DNA of 64,000 nt from a virus, in IMG/VR virus record IMGVR_UViG_3300032236_000552, positions 1 to 64,000 of that record; one strand, written 5' to 3'. Positions within the stretch are counted from its first letter, which is position 1; each line of letters opens with the position of its first letter. The notes below the pieces were generated by a model, which made no database searches, had not been told where the DNA came from, and saw only the letters and a list, made by a program, of their open reading frames with translations. Shown one piece after another: positions 49,423 to 58,099 of the stretch. The translations under genes were made by a program, and so were the position numbers.

Positions 49423-49737
49423 ATGGAAGAACCAGAGCACACTTGGCGATATGAGGCCCGTTGCCAAGGCGAAGACACGGATACTTTCTATCCGCCAAGA
49501 GATAAAGAGCAGTACAAAATCATTGCTACTCAAGCAAAGTCATTTTGCTTTGGTGACAATCGCAAGAATCCTTGCCCAGTTCAAAAGCAATGCTTATGGG
49601 ATGCGGTAAGTAGAGAAGAGCCACACGGTATATGGGGTGGCTTGAGTCACAGAGAAAGAAATGCTTTAATACGTAAGTGGCAAAAAACCTACAAAAAGAA
49701 GATGACCTTGAAGGAGTTCATTTTCAGTAAGGACTAA
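49423..49737 (+). CDS. whiB: WhiB-family Fe-S transcription factor
   Basis: Four Cys (C..TFYP..AKSFC..CPV..QC) and GIWGGLSHRER. Confidence 0.92.
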   Translation: MEEPEHTWRYEARCQGEDTDTFYPPRDKEQYKIIATQAKSFCFGDNRKNPCPVQKQCLWDAVSREEPHGIWGGLSHRERNALIRKWQKTYKKKMTLKEFIFSKD

Positions 49738-49740
49738 GAA

Positions 49741-50583
49741 ATGGAAAACGACCTAAAGCGCTTTTTAGATGCTAAGAAGCGAGAGCCACGTTTGATTGGT
49801 GATGTAGAGCGACACTTAATGCGTCGTCCTCTAGGAGACCGTTCAACGACAGTTCTACACCCATCGGAAATCATTAAGAACGATTTCTGCTACAAGTACT
49901 CGTACTACTTGATGACTGGCGGAGTATCGAAGAAAGAGAAGCCAAACCTTCGTTTGCAATCTATCTTTGATGAAGGCCATGCAATCCATCATAAGTGGCA
50001 GAACTGGTTCCATGAGATGGGCGTCCTTTACGGTCGTTTCCAGTGCAATCATTGCGGTGAGTCTGTAACAGGCATTTCTCCAACTGTCTGCGAAAAGTGT
50101 GGGGACACCCGCATGGAGTACAAGGAAGTTACCCTTGTGGATAACGACCTAAAGATTGCGGGTCACACCGATGGTTGGATTAAGGGAATTGGAAACGATT
50201 GCCTTATTGAAATCAAATCCATTGGTTCAGGTACATTCCGTTTTGAAGCACCTGACCTTCTTTTGGATGCAGATGGAGACATCTTTAAGGCGTTCAATAG
50301 CATCAAGCGCCCATTCCGTAGCCACTTACTCCAGGGACAGATGTACCTAGAGTTATCACGCCGCATGTTCGGTGATGAAGCCCCTACTGAAATCGTGTTC
50401 CTATATGAACTAAAGGCTGACCAGTCATACAAAGAGTTCACTGTTAAAGCAGATTACGAAACTGTAGACCGTATCTTCTTTAAGGCTAAGAAAGTAAACG
50501 ATGCAATTAAGGCTGGTGTAATGCCAGAGTGTAATATTGACCCAGACAACGGTTGCAAGCAATGTAACCTGATTGGGGAGTAA
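49741..50583 (+). CDS. Cas4-like / PD-(D/E)XK exonuclease
   Basis: HPSEI...C, GHAIH, GHTDG, IEIKS, QGQMY, and C-terminal C..C..C. Confidence 0.85.
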   Translation: MENDLKRFLDAKKREPRLIGDVERHLMRRPLGDRSTTVLHPSEIIKNDFCYKYSYYLMTGGVSKKEKPNLRLQSIFDEGHAIHHKWQNWFHEMGVLYGRFQCNHCGESVTGISPTVCEKCGDTRMEYKEVTLVDNDLKIAGHTDGWIKGIGNDCLIEIKSIGSGTFRFEAPDLLLDADGDIFKAFNSIKRPFRSHLLQGQMYLELSRRMFGDEAPTEIVFLYELKADQSYKEFTVKADYETVDRIFFKAKKVNDAIKAGVMPECNIDPDNGCKQCNLIGE

Positions 50584-51071
50584 TGTTAATCCTTGGAGAC
50601 GCATCAAAGGTAGCCGTAGACTTAATGAGCCAACAGAACATCAACATGTGGCCTGAGCAAAGCAAGCAACCTGTTATGCCCAAAGACATCTCGGTTCTAG
50701 ATAGTGAAGAACTTAGTGAGTTGTTTACCCGCTTAACTGCATGGTCAAACTATGTAGCAGGTCAGTTGGCAGCAGCACAGGTTGATGAGAAGTTTCTGGA
50801 AAAGAAACTCTCTAACTCAGAGGCACAGTTGTTCTTGGCTAAAGACACCAGCAAGGTTAAGGGAGAGCGTGTAACGCTTATCAAAGCCCAAGTTGCTGCT
50901 GACCCAATGATTATTGAACTAGAAGAAAAGTTAATGAGCGCATACGCATACCGTAAGATGGTTGAAGTTGTAGCCAGTAACTTTGAGCGAGATGTAGCGT
51001 TAGTATCTCGTGAGATAACACGACGCACTAACGACTTCCGCTCTAACCGTAAGGACAAATACTCACTGTGA
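50583..51071 (+). CDS. Helical recombination mediator (UvsY-like)
   Basis: All-helical, ending SREITRR; located in the recombination cluster. Confidence 0.45.
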   Translation: MLILGDASKVAVDLMSQQNINMWPEQSKQPVMPKDISVLDSEELSELFTRLTAWSNYVAGQLAAAQVDEKFLEKKLSNSEAQLFLAKDTSKVKGERVTLIKAQVAADPMIIELEEKLMSAYAYRKMVEVVASNFERDVALVSREITRRTNDFRSNRKDKYSL

Positions 51072-51610
51072 TTATTGGACTATCAGGCTACGCTCAATCT
51101 GGAAAAGATGAAGTAGCCAAGATTCTCGTATCGGAATACGGATTCACACGAGTAGCGTTTGCTGACAAAATTCGTGAACTTCTGTATGAGATGAACCCAG
51201 ACTTTAGAGACACGCTGTTGCAACAAGCGGTAGACCGTCTTGGTTGGGATGAAGTTAAGAAAGACCAAGCAGTTCGTCGCATGATGCAGAACCTGGGCGT
51301 TGGTGCACGAAAGATGTTTGGCGACGGATTTTGGGTAGCACAGGTATTCAACGGTTATGACTGGGATATTCCAACGGTCGTTACTGATGTGCGGTTTCAG
51401 AACGAAGCAGAATTGTTAAAGAAGTGGACTCCTGATGACACACAGATTTGGCGTGTAAAGAGGCCAGGAGTTGAAGCAGTCAACGGACATATATCAGAGC
51501 ATGATTTGGACGATTACAAATTTGACCAGATACTAAAGAACGAGGGAACTTTAGAGGACCTAACAAACATGGTCCGTAGACGTATGGAGTTTACCCTCAA
51601 TGCCAACTAA
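51068..51610 (+). CDS. Deoxynucleoside monophosphate kinase
   Basis: IIGLSGYAQSGKD, AFADKIR, TDVRFQNE, HISE. Confidence 0.9.
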   Translation: MIIGLSGYAQSGKDEVAKILVSEYGFTRVAFADKIRELLYEMNPDFRDTLLQQAVDRLGWDEVKKDQAVRRMMQNLGVGARKMFGDGFWVAQVFNGYDWDIPTVVTDVRFQNEAELLKKWTPDDTQIWRVKRPGVEAVNGHISEHDLDDYKFDQILKNEGTLEDLTNMVRRRMEFTLNAN

Positions 51611-52190
51611 GTTAATTGACGGCGGTTTAGATAAACGTGGTGAGATTACTATTGGTATTGACCAATCACTCACGGGATTTGCACTAACGGCGCTCCTTGT
51701 AAACGAACCAAAGAAGCATCTTACGTGGGTGTATAAGTCTCCTTATTTCGGTATTGAGAGACTGGCAGATATACGCCAATGGTTGCAAGATACATTCTCA
51801 TACCTAGAAGATGAACAAGAGTTCACTATCAAGGATGTAGCCATGGAAGGAACAGTGTTAGCCAGTAATGCAGCACTCGTCCTTGGAGAGTTATCAGCCA
51901 CAGTCCGTCTTACTATTTTTGACTTCTTTGATGAAGGCGATGCCCGTAAATATCCACTTAAAGTTCCGCCAATGACTCTAAAGAAGTATGCAGCAGGAAA
52001 AGGCAATGCCAAGAAACAAGAGATGCTGTTACAGATATACAAGCGTTGGGGTGTGGAGTTTAACGATGACAACGCTGCTGATTCCTATGCACTAGCCAGA
52101 CTAGCCTCTGGCAATGCTGACGGCGCTATTGAAGCAGCGATTATTGCTCAGATGTCAGACCCTAAATACAGAGACCAACCAAGGATTTAG
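51600..52190 (+). CDS. ruvC: RuvC-like Holliday junction resolvase
   Basis: IGIDQSLTG, VAMEG, LKKYAAGKGNAKK, DNAADSYAL. Confidence 0.85.
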   Translation: MPTKLIDGGLDKRGEITIGIDQSLTGFALTALLVNEPKKHLTWVYKSPYFGIERLADIRQWLQDTFSYLEDEQEFTIKDVAMEGTVLASNAALVLGELSATVRLTIFDFFDEGDARKYPLKVPPMTLKKYAAGKGNAKKQEMLLQIYKRWGVEFNDDNAADSYALARLASGNADGAIEAAIIAQMSDPKYRDQPRI

Positions 52191-52243
52191 CCTTATCCTT
52201 TAGTTCGGGAGTGGCGCACCAACTCGAACCAAAGGACCAACAA

Positions 52244-52534
52244 TTGACTAACACACCAGAAGTATCTGCTGAAGAACCGTTTTTACGAGTCAGCGCATCC
52301 TCCAATCCCCAGAGCGTTGCATCAGCAATCGCCCATGCCTGCTACGACAAGCGTGAGGTTAAACTCCGTGCCGTAGGTGCTGGAGCAGTAAACCAAGCAG
52401 TTAAAGCCATCGCTATTGCCCGTGGATACGTGGCACCTCGTGGTATGGATTTGACCGATAAGCCAGGGTTTACAACCATCGAAAGCCGTGACGGAGAGAT
52501 TTCCGCCATCGTATTTCACATTACAGCGTCCTAA
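52244..52534 (+). CDS. spoVS: SpoVS-family protein
   Basis: LRVSASSNPQSVASAIA...AVGAGAVNQAVKAIAIARG..PGF; TTG start after SD aaagga. Confidence 0.9.
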   Translation: MTNTPEVSAEEPFLRVSASSNPQSVASAIAHACYDKREVKLRAVGAGAVNQAVKAIAIARGYVAPRGMDLTDKPGFTTIESRDGEISAIVFHITAS

Positions 52535-52571
52535 TAAAGACGTATCCTTGTACCTAGAGTAAGGAGTCACA

Positions 52572-53021
52572 ATGGCATCTTGGACATCATTAGGTCATGC
52601 CATGCGTCGTCGCATGGGTGCACCATCAAACCATCTAGAGTCAGCAGGTAAATCTATGGCACGTAACATTTCAACCCCAGAGGAAGTTATTGCTTCTGCA
52701 GAGCACGCTAACAGCCCACGTAAGTATGTTGGTCAATCAACAGGCTTCGAGGCAGTAAAGCCAGAGCGTGGAACGCTTGTTGCTAAGAAGAACACACAAG
52801 CATCTAACCCAACCGCTGGCGGAAAAACAAACAAGAAGAATGTTCTTGCAGGAAATGCAGCAGCATCAGAGCGCATGGGTGCACGCTATTCAACAAGCGT
52901 CAAGTTCCCAGCAGGAACTGAGCCAGCAGCAGCGCCAACAATGCGTAATGCAAAGACGGTTCCTTCAGTTGCTGGACGTCAAGCACCTAACTTTGATAGC
53001 GGGATGAATAGCGTTCTCTAA
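52572..53021 (+). CDS. Hypothetical protein (basic, low complexity)
   Basis: SD aaggag; TATCCT -10-like box upstream. Confidence 0.6.
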   Translation: MASWTSLGHAMRRRMGAPSNHLESAGKSMARNISTPEEVIASAEHANSPRKYVGQSTGFEAVKPERGTLVAKKNTQASNPTAGGKTNKKNVLAGNAAASERMGARYSTSVKFPAGTEPAAAPTMRNAKTVPSVAGRQAPNFDSGMNSVL

Positions 53022-53278
53022 TGTCTATTCTCTCTGACAACCAGTTTCATGAGAGTGTAACGCCTGAACAGTCACATGTTGAGGCGCCACTCTCATTGAG
53101 TTCATCCACAAACAATTCCGCTGCACAGGCAACTGCGTGGCGTAACTCTTCTTTGGGTGGAGGACGTCCTCTCTCGTTCTCATCAAAGACACGTGGTACA
53201 ACGTTTAACTGGGATGACGCACCAAAGGCATCACTGCCATCATCAGACACGGGCGCATCGTTCGGAGGCAAAGAATGA
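53021..53278 (+). CDS. Ser-rich hypothetical protein with N-terminal LSDNQF motif
   Basis: TAATG-coupled. Confidence 0.55.
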   Translation: MSILSDNQFHESVTPEQSHVEAPLSLSSSTNNSAAQATAWRNSSLGGGRPLSFSSKTRGTTFNWDDAPKASLPSSDTGASFGGKE

Positions 53279-53889
53279 GTCAAGAACACCTCAGCCACTC
53301 AGAGTTTGCTGATGTAGTAAACAAAGAAGGTGGCGCAAGCCGTAACTTCCAAACCAGTGCACCTGCAAAAGGTCCTGGTGTTATGGTGTCTATCCCTGGT
53401 GCAGAGAAGATTACAAACGCTCCTCTTACTGCAGACCAAGCAAAGTCATTCCGTAGAGACCACGATGCCATGGCAACGGGAAGTGACTACCACGGTGCTT
53501 GGAAATCTGGCGACAAAGTTTTCCAAGATGTTAGTCGTAAGCACACCGATTTAGACAGCGCACGTAAGGCTGGAGAGCGTGACAAGCAAATTGCTGGTTA
53601 CGATTTAGGCGGAACTGATGAGCGTCGTCCAGAAGGTGGCGAAGTATTCTTTGGTCGCCATGTTCCAGGAATTGAAAGCAACGAAGAGTTCAAGGGCGGA
53701 AAGAACAAGACAAGCCAACAAGAGCGCATGTCTCCAAAGCCAAGTAGCCGTTCACAAGAGTTTGCAGAGCAATCACATATTAGCCGTGGTGCAACTGTAG
53801 GCAAGCGTGGTGGCAAAGGTACAAAGAAGATTTCTATTAACGAAGTTTACGCAACAATCGCAAAGAACCGCCGAAACAGAGGCGTCTAA
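53275..53889 (+). CDS. Hypothetical protein, possible SAM-lyase-like fold; N-terminal LSHSEF motif
   Basis: GVMVS...GAW...QDVS...A...G...Q.AGYDL pattern. Confidence 0.45.
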   Translation: MSQEHLSHSEFADVVNKEGGASRNFQTSAPAKGPGVMVSIPGAEKITNAPLTADQAKSFRRDHDAMATGSDYHGAWKSGDKVFQDVSRKHTDLDSARKAGERDKQIAGYDLGGTDERRPEGGEVFFGRHVPGIESNEEFKGGKNKTSQQERMSPKPSSRSQEFAEQSHISRGATVGKRGGKGTKKISINEVYATIAKNRRNRGV

Positions 53890-54422
53890 TGGCAGGGGCC
53901 ACTAATAACTTTTCGCCACAACAAAACTGGCAATCGCTAGGTGGTAATGGTTTTTATGGCTACAACAACCAGGGCGGTGCTGGTACACCTGTAGCACGTG
54001 ACCCACTTGACGCTACCCGTATTGGTGTAGGCCGTGTTCCTTCTGCAGAATATCCTGACGGTTATCTCGGAACGATTCGTTCACGTCGTGATGACCGCCT
54101 ACTTGATTCCATCAAAAGCCGTGTCAACCAGAAAGCCTATCAACGTGGTGTACACAAGGGTGAGCGCATTGAGCCATCCATGTACTTTTGGCCTGACAGC
54201 ATCAACCCTATGATGGGTATTCAACGCCAGATGGCAGCGACCGTAGACAAGTCCAACGGAGTTACCGTTTATCGCACACTTCGTAACGCCCCACAAGTTG
54301 CCCTTACTCCTGCCCCTCACCTTGTTAATGATGGCAAGGCAAACACTGTTGCAGAGGAGCCAGGTCAAATTAACGAACGTCGTCAGGCGATGCTCGCTTA
54401 CTTGAAACCAGCGTGGCGCTAA
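53889..54422 (+). CDS. Conserved hypothetical protein
   Basis: PSAEYPDGYLGTIRSRRDDRLL...YQRGVHKGERI; TAATG-coupled. Confidence 0.6.
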   Translation: MAGATNNFSPQQNWQSLGGNGFYGYNNQGGAGTPVARDPLDATRIGVGRVPSAEYPDGYLGTIRSRRDDRLLDSIKSRVNQKAYQRGVHKGERIEPSMYFWPDSINPMMGIQRQMAATVDKSNGVTVYRTLRNAPQVALTPAPHLVNDGKANTVAEEPGQINERRQAMLAYLKPAWR

Positions 54423-54784
54423 TGACGCAAACGTTTGACGGCAATTACGATTACACCAAGCCTTGGCGTGCACCGTTACAGCCTGACCAGATTGCTAAGA
54501 AGTGGCAGTACAACGGCCCATGGGCAACCAACATGGAGCGCCTAACTTCTCAAGCGTTGATGGTTATGTCTATCCCAGGTGCAGAACTGCAGGCAATGGT
54601 ACGCCCACCTATGCCACAGATTCGTTTGTTTCCAGACCGATATGGCTATGGAGACCGTTCACAACCTGGCATCGAAGATGTCGTGAGTGTAGACCGTAAT
54701 TATCACGAACCTCGTGTATCTTGGTTCTCTGGTGGAGTTGCTGGTTACGAGGCAGCCTCCCGTAATGATTTGGGGAATAACTAA
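54422..54784 (+). CDS. Hypothetical protein
   Basis: TAATG-coupled start at 54422. Confidence 0.55.
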   Translation: MTQTFDGNYDYTKPWRAPLQPDQIAKKWQYNGPWATNMERLTSQALMVMSIPGAELQAMVRPPMPQIRLFPDRYGYGDRSQPGIEDVVSVDRNYHEPRVSWFSGGVAGYEAASRNDLGNN

Positions 54785-54984
54785 TGTACAGCCCTCTTAG
54801 TTCACTTCAGCATTCGATGTTTAGAAAGCAACATCGCACGTTTGTAAAGAACCAGAAGCATCCTGTTGTGCCTAACCGTGCATCTGCCTATACAGCATAC
54901 CCAACAGGCGCTGGCTCTAACCACACTAGCAAAGAACTGAACGTAAGTAACATGCGTTCATGGCACGCTGGAGGTGCAAACTAA
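54784..54984 (+). CDS. Hypothetical protein
   Basis: TAATG-coupled at both ends. Confidence 0.5.
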   Translation: MYSPLSSLQHSMFRKQHRTFVKNQKHPVVPNRASAYTAYPTGAGSNHTSKELNVSNMRSWHAGGAN

Positions 54985-55193
54985 TGTCAGGTAACTATGG
55001 TGATGGCGCAGAGCCAATGGAATGGCAAGCCAAGACAATTGCCGAAAACGCAATGCGTTATAACGGTTCAGCCCCATGCCCAACATGCGGCGTTATTATG
55101 AACCCAGTTGAATTTCTCAGCAACCGTGGACACTGTCTAGCCTGCACCACACAGATGAAGGCTAAGCGAGCACAGAACAAGATGGTGCGATAA
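54984..55193 (+). CDS. Zn-finger microprotein
   Basis: Start at 54984 after SD ggaggt; CPTCG...CLAC. Confidence 0.6.
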   Translation: MSGNYGDGAEPMEWQAKTIAENAMRYNGSAPCPTCGVIMNPVEFLSNRGHCLACTTQMKAKRAQNKMVR

Positions 55194-56107
55194 TGGCAAA
55201 GAAAAAAGCCAGCGATAAGGTTGGTATGACGCCTGAACGTCGTTCAGAGATTGATGCAGAGACAGCAAAGGCACTGGAAAGCGCTAGAGCGTCAGAAGAA
55301 GCACGTCGTGCCCGTAAGACCTCTACTTCGGTAAAAGGTCCTGACAGAATTTCTTTAGAAGAATCAAAGGCAGCGGTTAAGAAGCGTAGTGCAAGCCGAC
55401 CAACCGTTAAGCGAGACGAATCAACTGGCAAGATTGTTTCAGCAAAGCCGCCAAAAGCGCCAATGACAGGCACTCCTGTTACTGTAGACGCCAAGACTCG
55501 TATCCTTCACTCAAAGACTGGCACAGTCGTTGCTAAGCCACGTAAGAAAACTCGTACTGGCAAGAAGTTAGACAAAGCCACAGGAAAGATTGCAATACCT
55601 ACAGTAAAACGTGGTGAAGACGGCAAGGCTGTAGCAATCCCTAAAGAAGAACGTGTATCCCCTGTCACTCAGTTACCTACAGCAGGTCCTGATGTAATGG
55701 CGCCAAAGGGTCCAGCAGCACCGCTTGCTGGTCCACGTGGCGGAGTAAAGCCAAACAAGAAGAACCTCAACAACCGAGGTAACCTCAAGGGGTTTGCTGT
55801 CTCCCACAAGATTGTGGCTGCAGCAGCAAATGCGGCAATGGGTCACCTACGTGCCATGCACCAAACCCACGGCACCTCAGCCTTCCACGAACATCATGAG
55901 GTTTTTAACCTTATCCACGCCAATATCGCCAAGATGTCTCCAGATATCCACGCCATGTTAGGTCAGGGTCGCCACGAAGTGATGAACCCAGGTCCTGAAA
56001 CTGGTAAGCGATTAAACGATGTAGAAAAGGCTGTAAACGATAGAATTACTATAGGCAAACAAGCGCAAGAGGCTCGTGCTCGGCGCCAAGACGAATCAAG
56101 AGGTTAA
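55193..56107 (+). CDS. Lys/Arg-rich hypothetical protein
   Basis: Basic low-complexity N-terminal half with PTVKR and TGKI repeats; His-rich helical C-terminal half. Confidence 0.6.
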   Translation: MAKKKASDKVGMTPERRSEIDAETAKALESARASEEARRARKTSTSVKGPDRISLEESKAAVKKRSASRPTVKRDESTGKIVSAKPPKAPMTGTPVTVDAKTRILHSKTGTVVAKPRKKTRTGKKLDKATGKIAIPTVKRGEDGKAVAIPKEERVSPVTQLPTAGPDVMAPKGPAAPLAGPRGGVKPNKKNLNNRGNLKGFAVSHKIVAAAANAAMGHLRAMHQTHGTSAFHEHHEVFNLIHANIAKMSPDIHAMLGQGRHEVMNPGPETGKRLNDVEKAVNDRITIGKQAQEARARRQDESRG

Positions 56108-56111
56108 TATC

Positions 56112-56318
56112 ATGGCAGTTAATTCATCCCGTTCGATGAACAACTCTCTTAACGAGGGCGCAACAGACGGTAAGTACCGCAAGGTTCGTCCAAACACTGA
56201 AGTCATGCCAGGACTTGGTGACTCAGCAACTGCTGACAACCGCCAATCACTCAACCCATTCTGGGGTTACGGTTTCCTTACATCTGATTATCCAAACAAA
56301 GTGAATCCAGGTAAGTAA
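56112..56318 (+). CDS. Hypothetical protein
   Basis: SD gaggt, ATG at 56112. Confidence 0.55.
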   Translation: MAVNSSRSMNNSLNEGATDGKYRKVRPNTEVMPGLGDSATADNRQSLNPFWGYGFLTSDYPNKVNPGK

Positions 56319-56698
56319 TCATGGCAATTATCCGCAAAGGCGATGCACAAGCAACTCGTGAATTAGCAAAACGAGCAATCAAGCAACAATCTGCTCGTAG
56401 TCGTGCCTCTAAGAAGTCATTAAACGAGGCTGGGTTAGTAGACAACTACTTAAATGAGCGTAGTGTCATGGTTAACCCAGACGGAACTGCAACAGCAAAG
56501 AACCCTCGTACTGGACGTCGTGAAGCATTTGAAGGTCCTATCAGCGGTAGCAACACTATGCTAAACAAGAAGATGGTAAAAAGAAATCGTCAAACATTAG
56601 GTTCTGGGGTTATTAAAGCAGGAAAAGTTGTAAAGGGAAGCGCTTCACTGTTAAAAAAACCACAACCTAAAAAAACAACAGGTAAGTAATCATGGCAA
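56308..56698 (+). repeat. 20-nt direct repeat caggtaagtaatcatggcaa at 56308-56327 and 56679-56698
   Basis: Exact copies at two consecutive gene junctions. Confidence 0.85.
56321..56689 (+). CDS. Basic hypothetical protein
   Basis: Flanked by the 20-nt direct repeats. Confidence 0.55.
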   Translation: MAIIRKGDAQATRELAKRAIKQQSARSRASKKSLNEAGLVDNYLNERSVMVNPDGTATAKNPRTGRREAFEGPISGSNTMLNKKMVKRNRQTLGSGVIKAGKVVKGSASLLKKPQPKKTTGK

Positions 56699-56886
56699 CA
56701 ATGGTTCCAGACCGTGGAGATAGCCCAAAGCGTAAAGTTCGTTTTTATGACGAAAAAAGCGGTAAGTCACACACTGCTGATGTTCGCTGGGTAGGGAAGA
56801 AAACCCAAAAGCCACATGCAGGTGACATCAAAAAGAACATGAAGCATTATGGACAGACTAACTCAGGATGGGAAGTACAAGACTAA
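56692..56886 (+). CDS. Basic hypothetical protein
   Basis: Closely spaced within the gene chain. Confidence 0.5.
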   Translation: MATMVPDRGDSPKRKVRFYDEKSGKSHTADVRWVGKKTQKPHAGDIKKNMKHYGQTNSGWEVQD

Positions 56887-57218
56887 TGGCTAAAGCACGC
56901 AGAGTTACACACAAGACAGTCGGTGAAGCCGTTGTTAACCGTGAGCGTTTTGAAGGCCCATCTAGCCGTGGTGGAGCACCAGAAGAAGTAGGTACCTCAC
57001 GAGGTCGACTATCTTCTGAAGAATCAGCAGTCATGGATGCTCACAAGCCCAACTACGTGGTTAAGTCCTACGACACCCCAGTCGCATGGCACTCAGACGA
57101 GCATGGCTGGCACGTACCTGCTGATAAGCACAGCCCCACAACCTCACGTTTACAGAATAACATTCGTCGTTCACTGAACGGTCACTTCACTGCAGGTCAT
57201 CAAGGAGCACGCTCTTAA
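56886..57218 (+). CDS. Conserved phage hypothetical protein
   Basis: YVVKSYDTPVAW...W...KHSPTTSRLQ pattern; TAATG-coupled start at 56886. Confidence 0.55.
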   Translation: MAKARRVTHKTVGEAVVNRERFEGPSSRGGAPEEVGTSRGRLSSEESAVMDAHKPNYVVKSYDTPVAWHSDEHGWHVPADKHSPTTSRLQNNIRRSLNGHFTAGHQGARS

Positions 57219-57253
57219 TCTGCTAAGATACTCGGACTACTACAAGGAGCATA

Positions 57254-57805
57254 ATGAGTAACGTACCTTTACTGGGACAAAAAGATGTACCACAGAACGA
57301 GCCTATGTTTCGTTTGTTGTACTGTCTTGTATGCCAAACCCTAGATGAGTTGCCACCCTATGATGGCGTTCCTGAGCAAGACCACCTACTCGCTATTGCG
57401 GTAGAGACTCACGTATTTCCATCAGGAGAGCCACACAAGGGTAAGTTGTTCGTCCTTCCCTTACGAGCATGGGCAAAGCCAGAATCTAAGAAAGAAATCA
57501 TTCGCCAGATTAAAGGCGGAGGTTCTGCTGGTCTTGCAGAGATTGACGATAGTTTTTACGACTCACGTTCGACCTTCATGGAAGGTGCGATGGAGTGCTA
57601 CGGACGTCACAACAAACCTAAAGAAGGTTGTTCTGACTGGCATAGCAAAGAGAAGTTGCTCATACCTAAGACTGTTAAAGAACGTAAAGCAGAGGGTATG
57701 GCACGTTACCAAGATGAAGCAGGACCAAAGACATACCTATGCGATTTCTGCCCTGTGGCAATCGGCGTAGCCCAACGTAAACAAAAACTGTTAGGAATGA
57801 ACTAA
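57254..57805 (+). CDS. Cys/His-rich metal-binding protein
   Basis: CLVC, H..H, C...H.KP...C and YLCDFCP; extended -10 TGcTAAGAT (57221-57229) and SD aaggag upstream. Confidence 0.6.
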   Translation: MSNVPLLGQKDVPQNEPMFRLLYCLVCQTLDELPPYDGVPEQDHLLAIAVETHVFPSGEPHKGKLFVLPLRAWAKPESKKEIIRQIKGGGSAGLAEIDDSFYDSRSTFMEGAMECYGRHNKPKEGCSDWHSKEKLLIPKTVKERKAEGMARYQDEAGPKTYLCDFCPVAIGVAQRKQKLLGMN

Positions 57806-58080
57806 TGACGCTCTTTTCTTATTTAGTAACCGCTCAAGAAGACGGAACTATCACAACCACACCTACTGAGGCATCAGAGGACGTAACCCGCAAGGCTACG
57901 ACATTTGATATCTACCAGACCAGCAAGGAATTGGTAAACGATATTGAGTCTCAGATGCTTGCTGACCGTGTTGCCCGCTATGTAGTAGCACGTATGCAGC
58001 CAAAAGACAACTCAGAAGAGATTAAGGCAAAGATTATTAACGCCTTAACTGATAGGGGCATAGACACCCCACAGGAGTAA
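57805..58080 (+). CDS. Hypothetical protein
   Basis: TAATG-coupled. Confidence 0.55.
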   Translation: MTLFSYLVTAQEDGTITTTPTEASEDVTRKATTFDIYQTSKELVNDIESQMLADRVARYVVARMQPKDNSEEIKAKIINALTDRGIDTPQE

Positions 58081-58099
58081 TTCCTAATAGACTATATCC

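Noticed and set aside
49741-50583. CRISPR-Cas locus suggested by the Cas4-like gene
   Set aside because: It is a solo nuclease in the recombination module, with no other cas genes or array.
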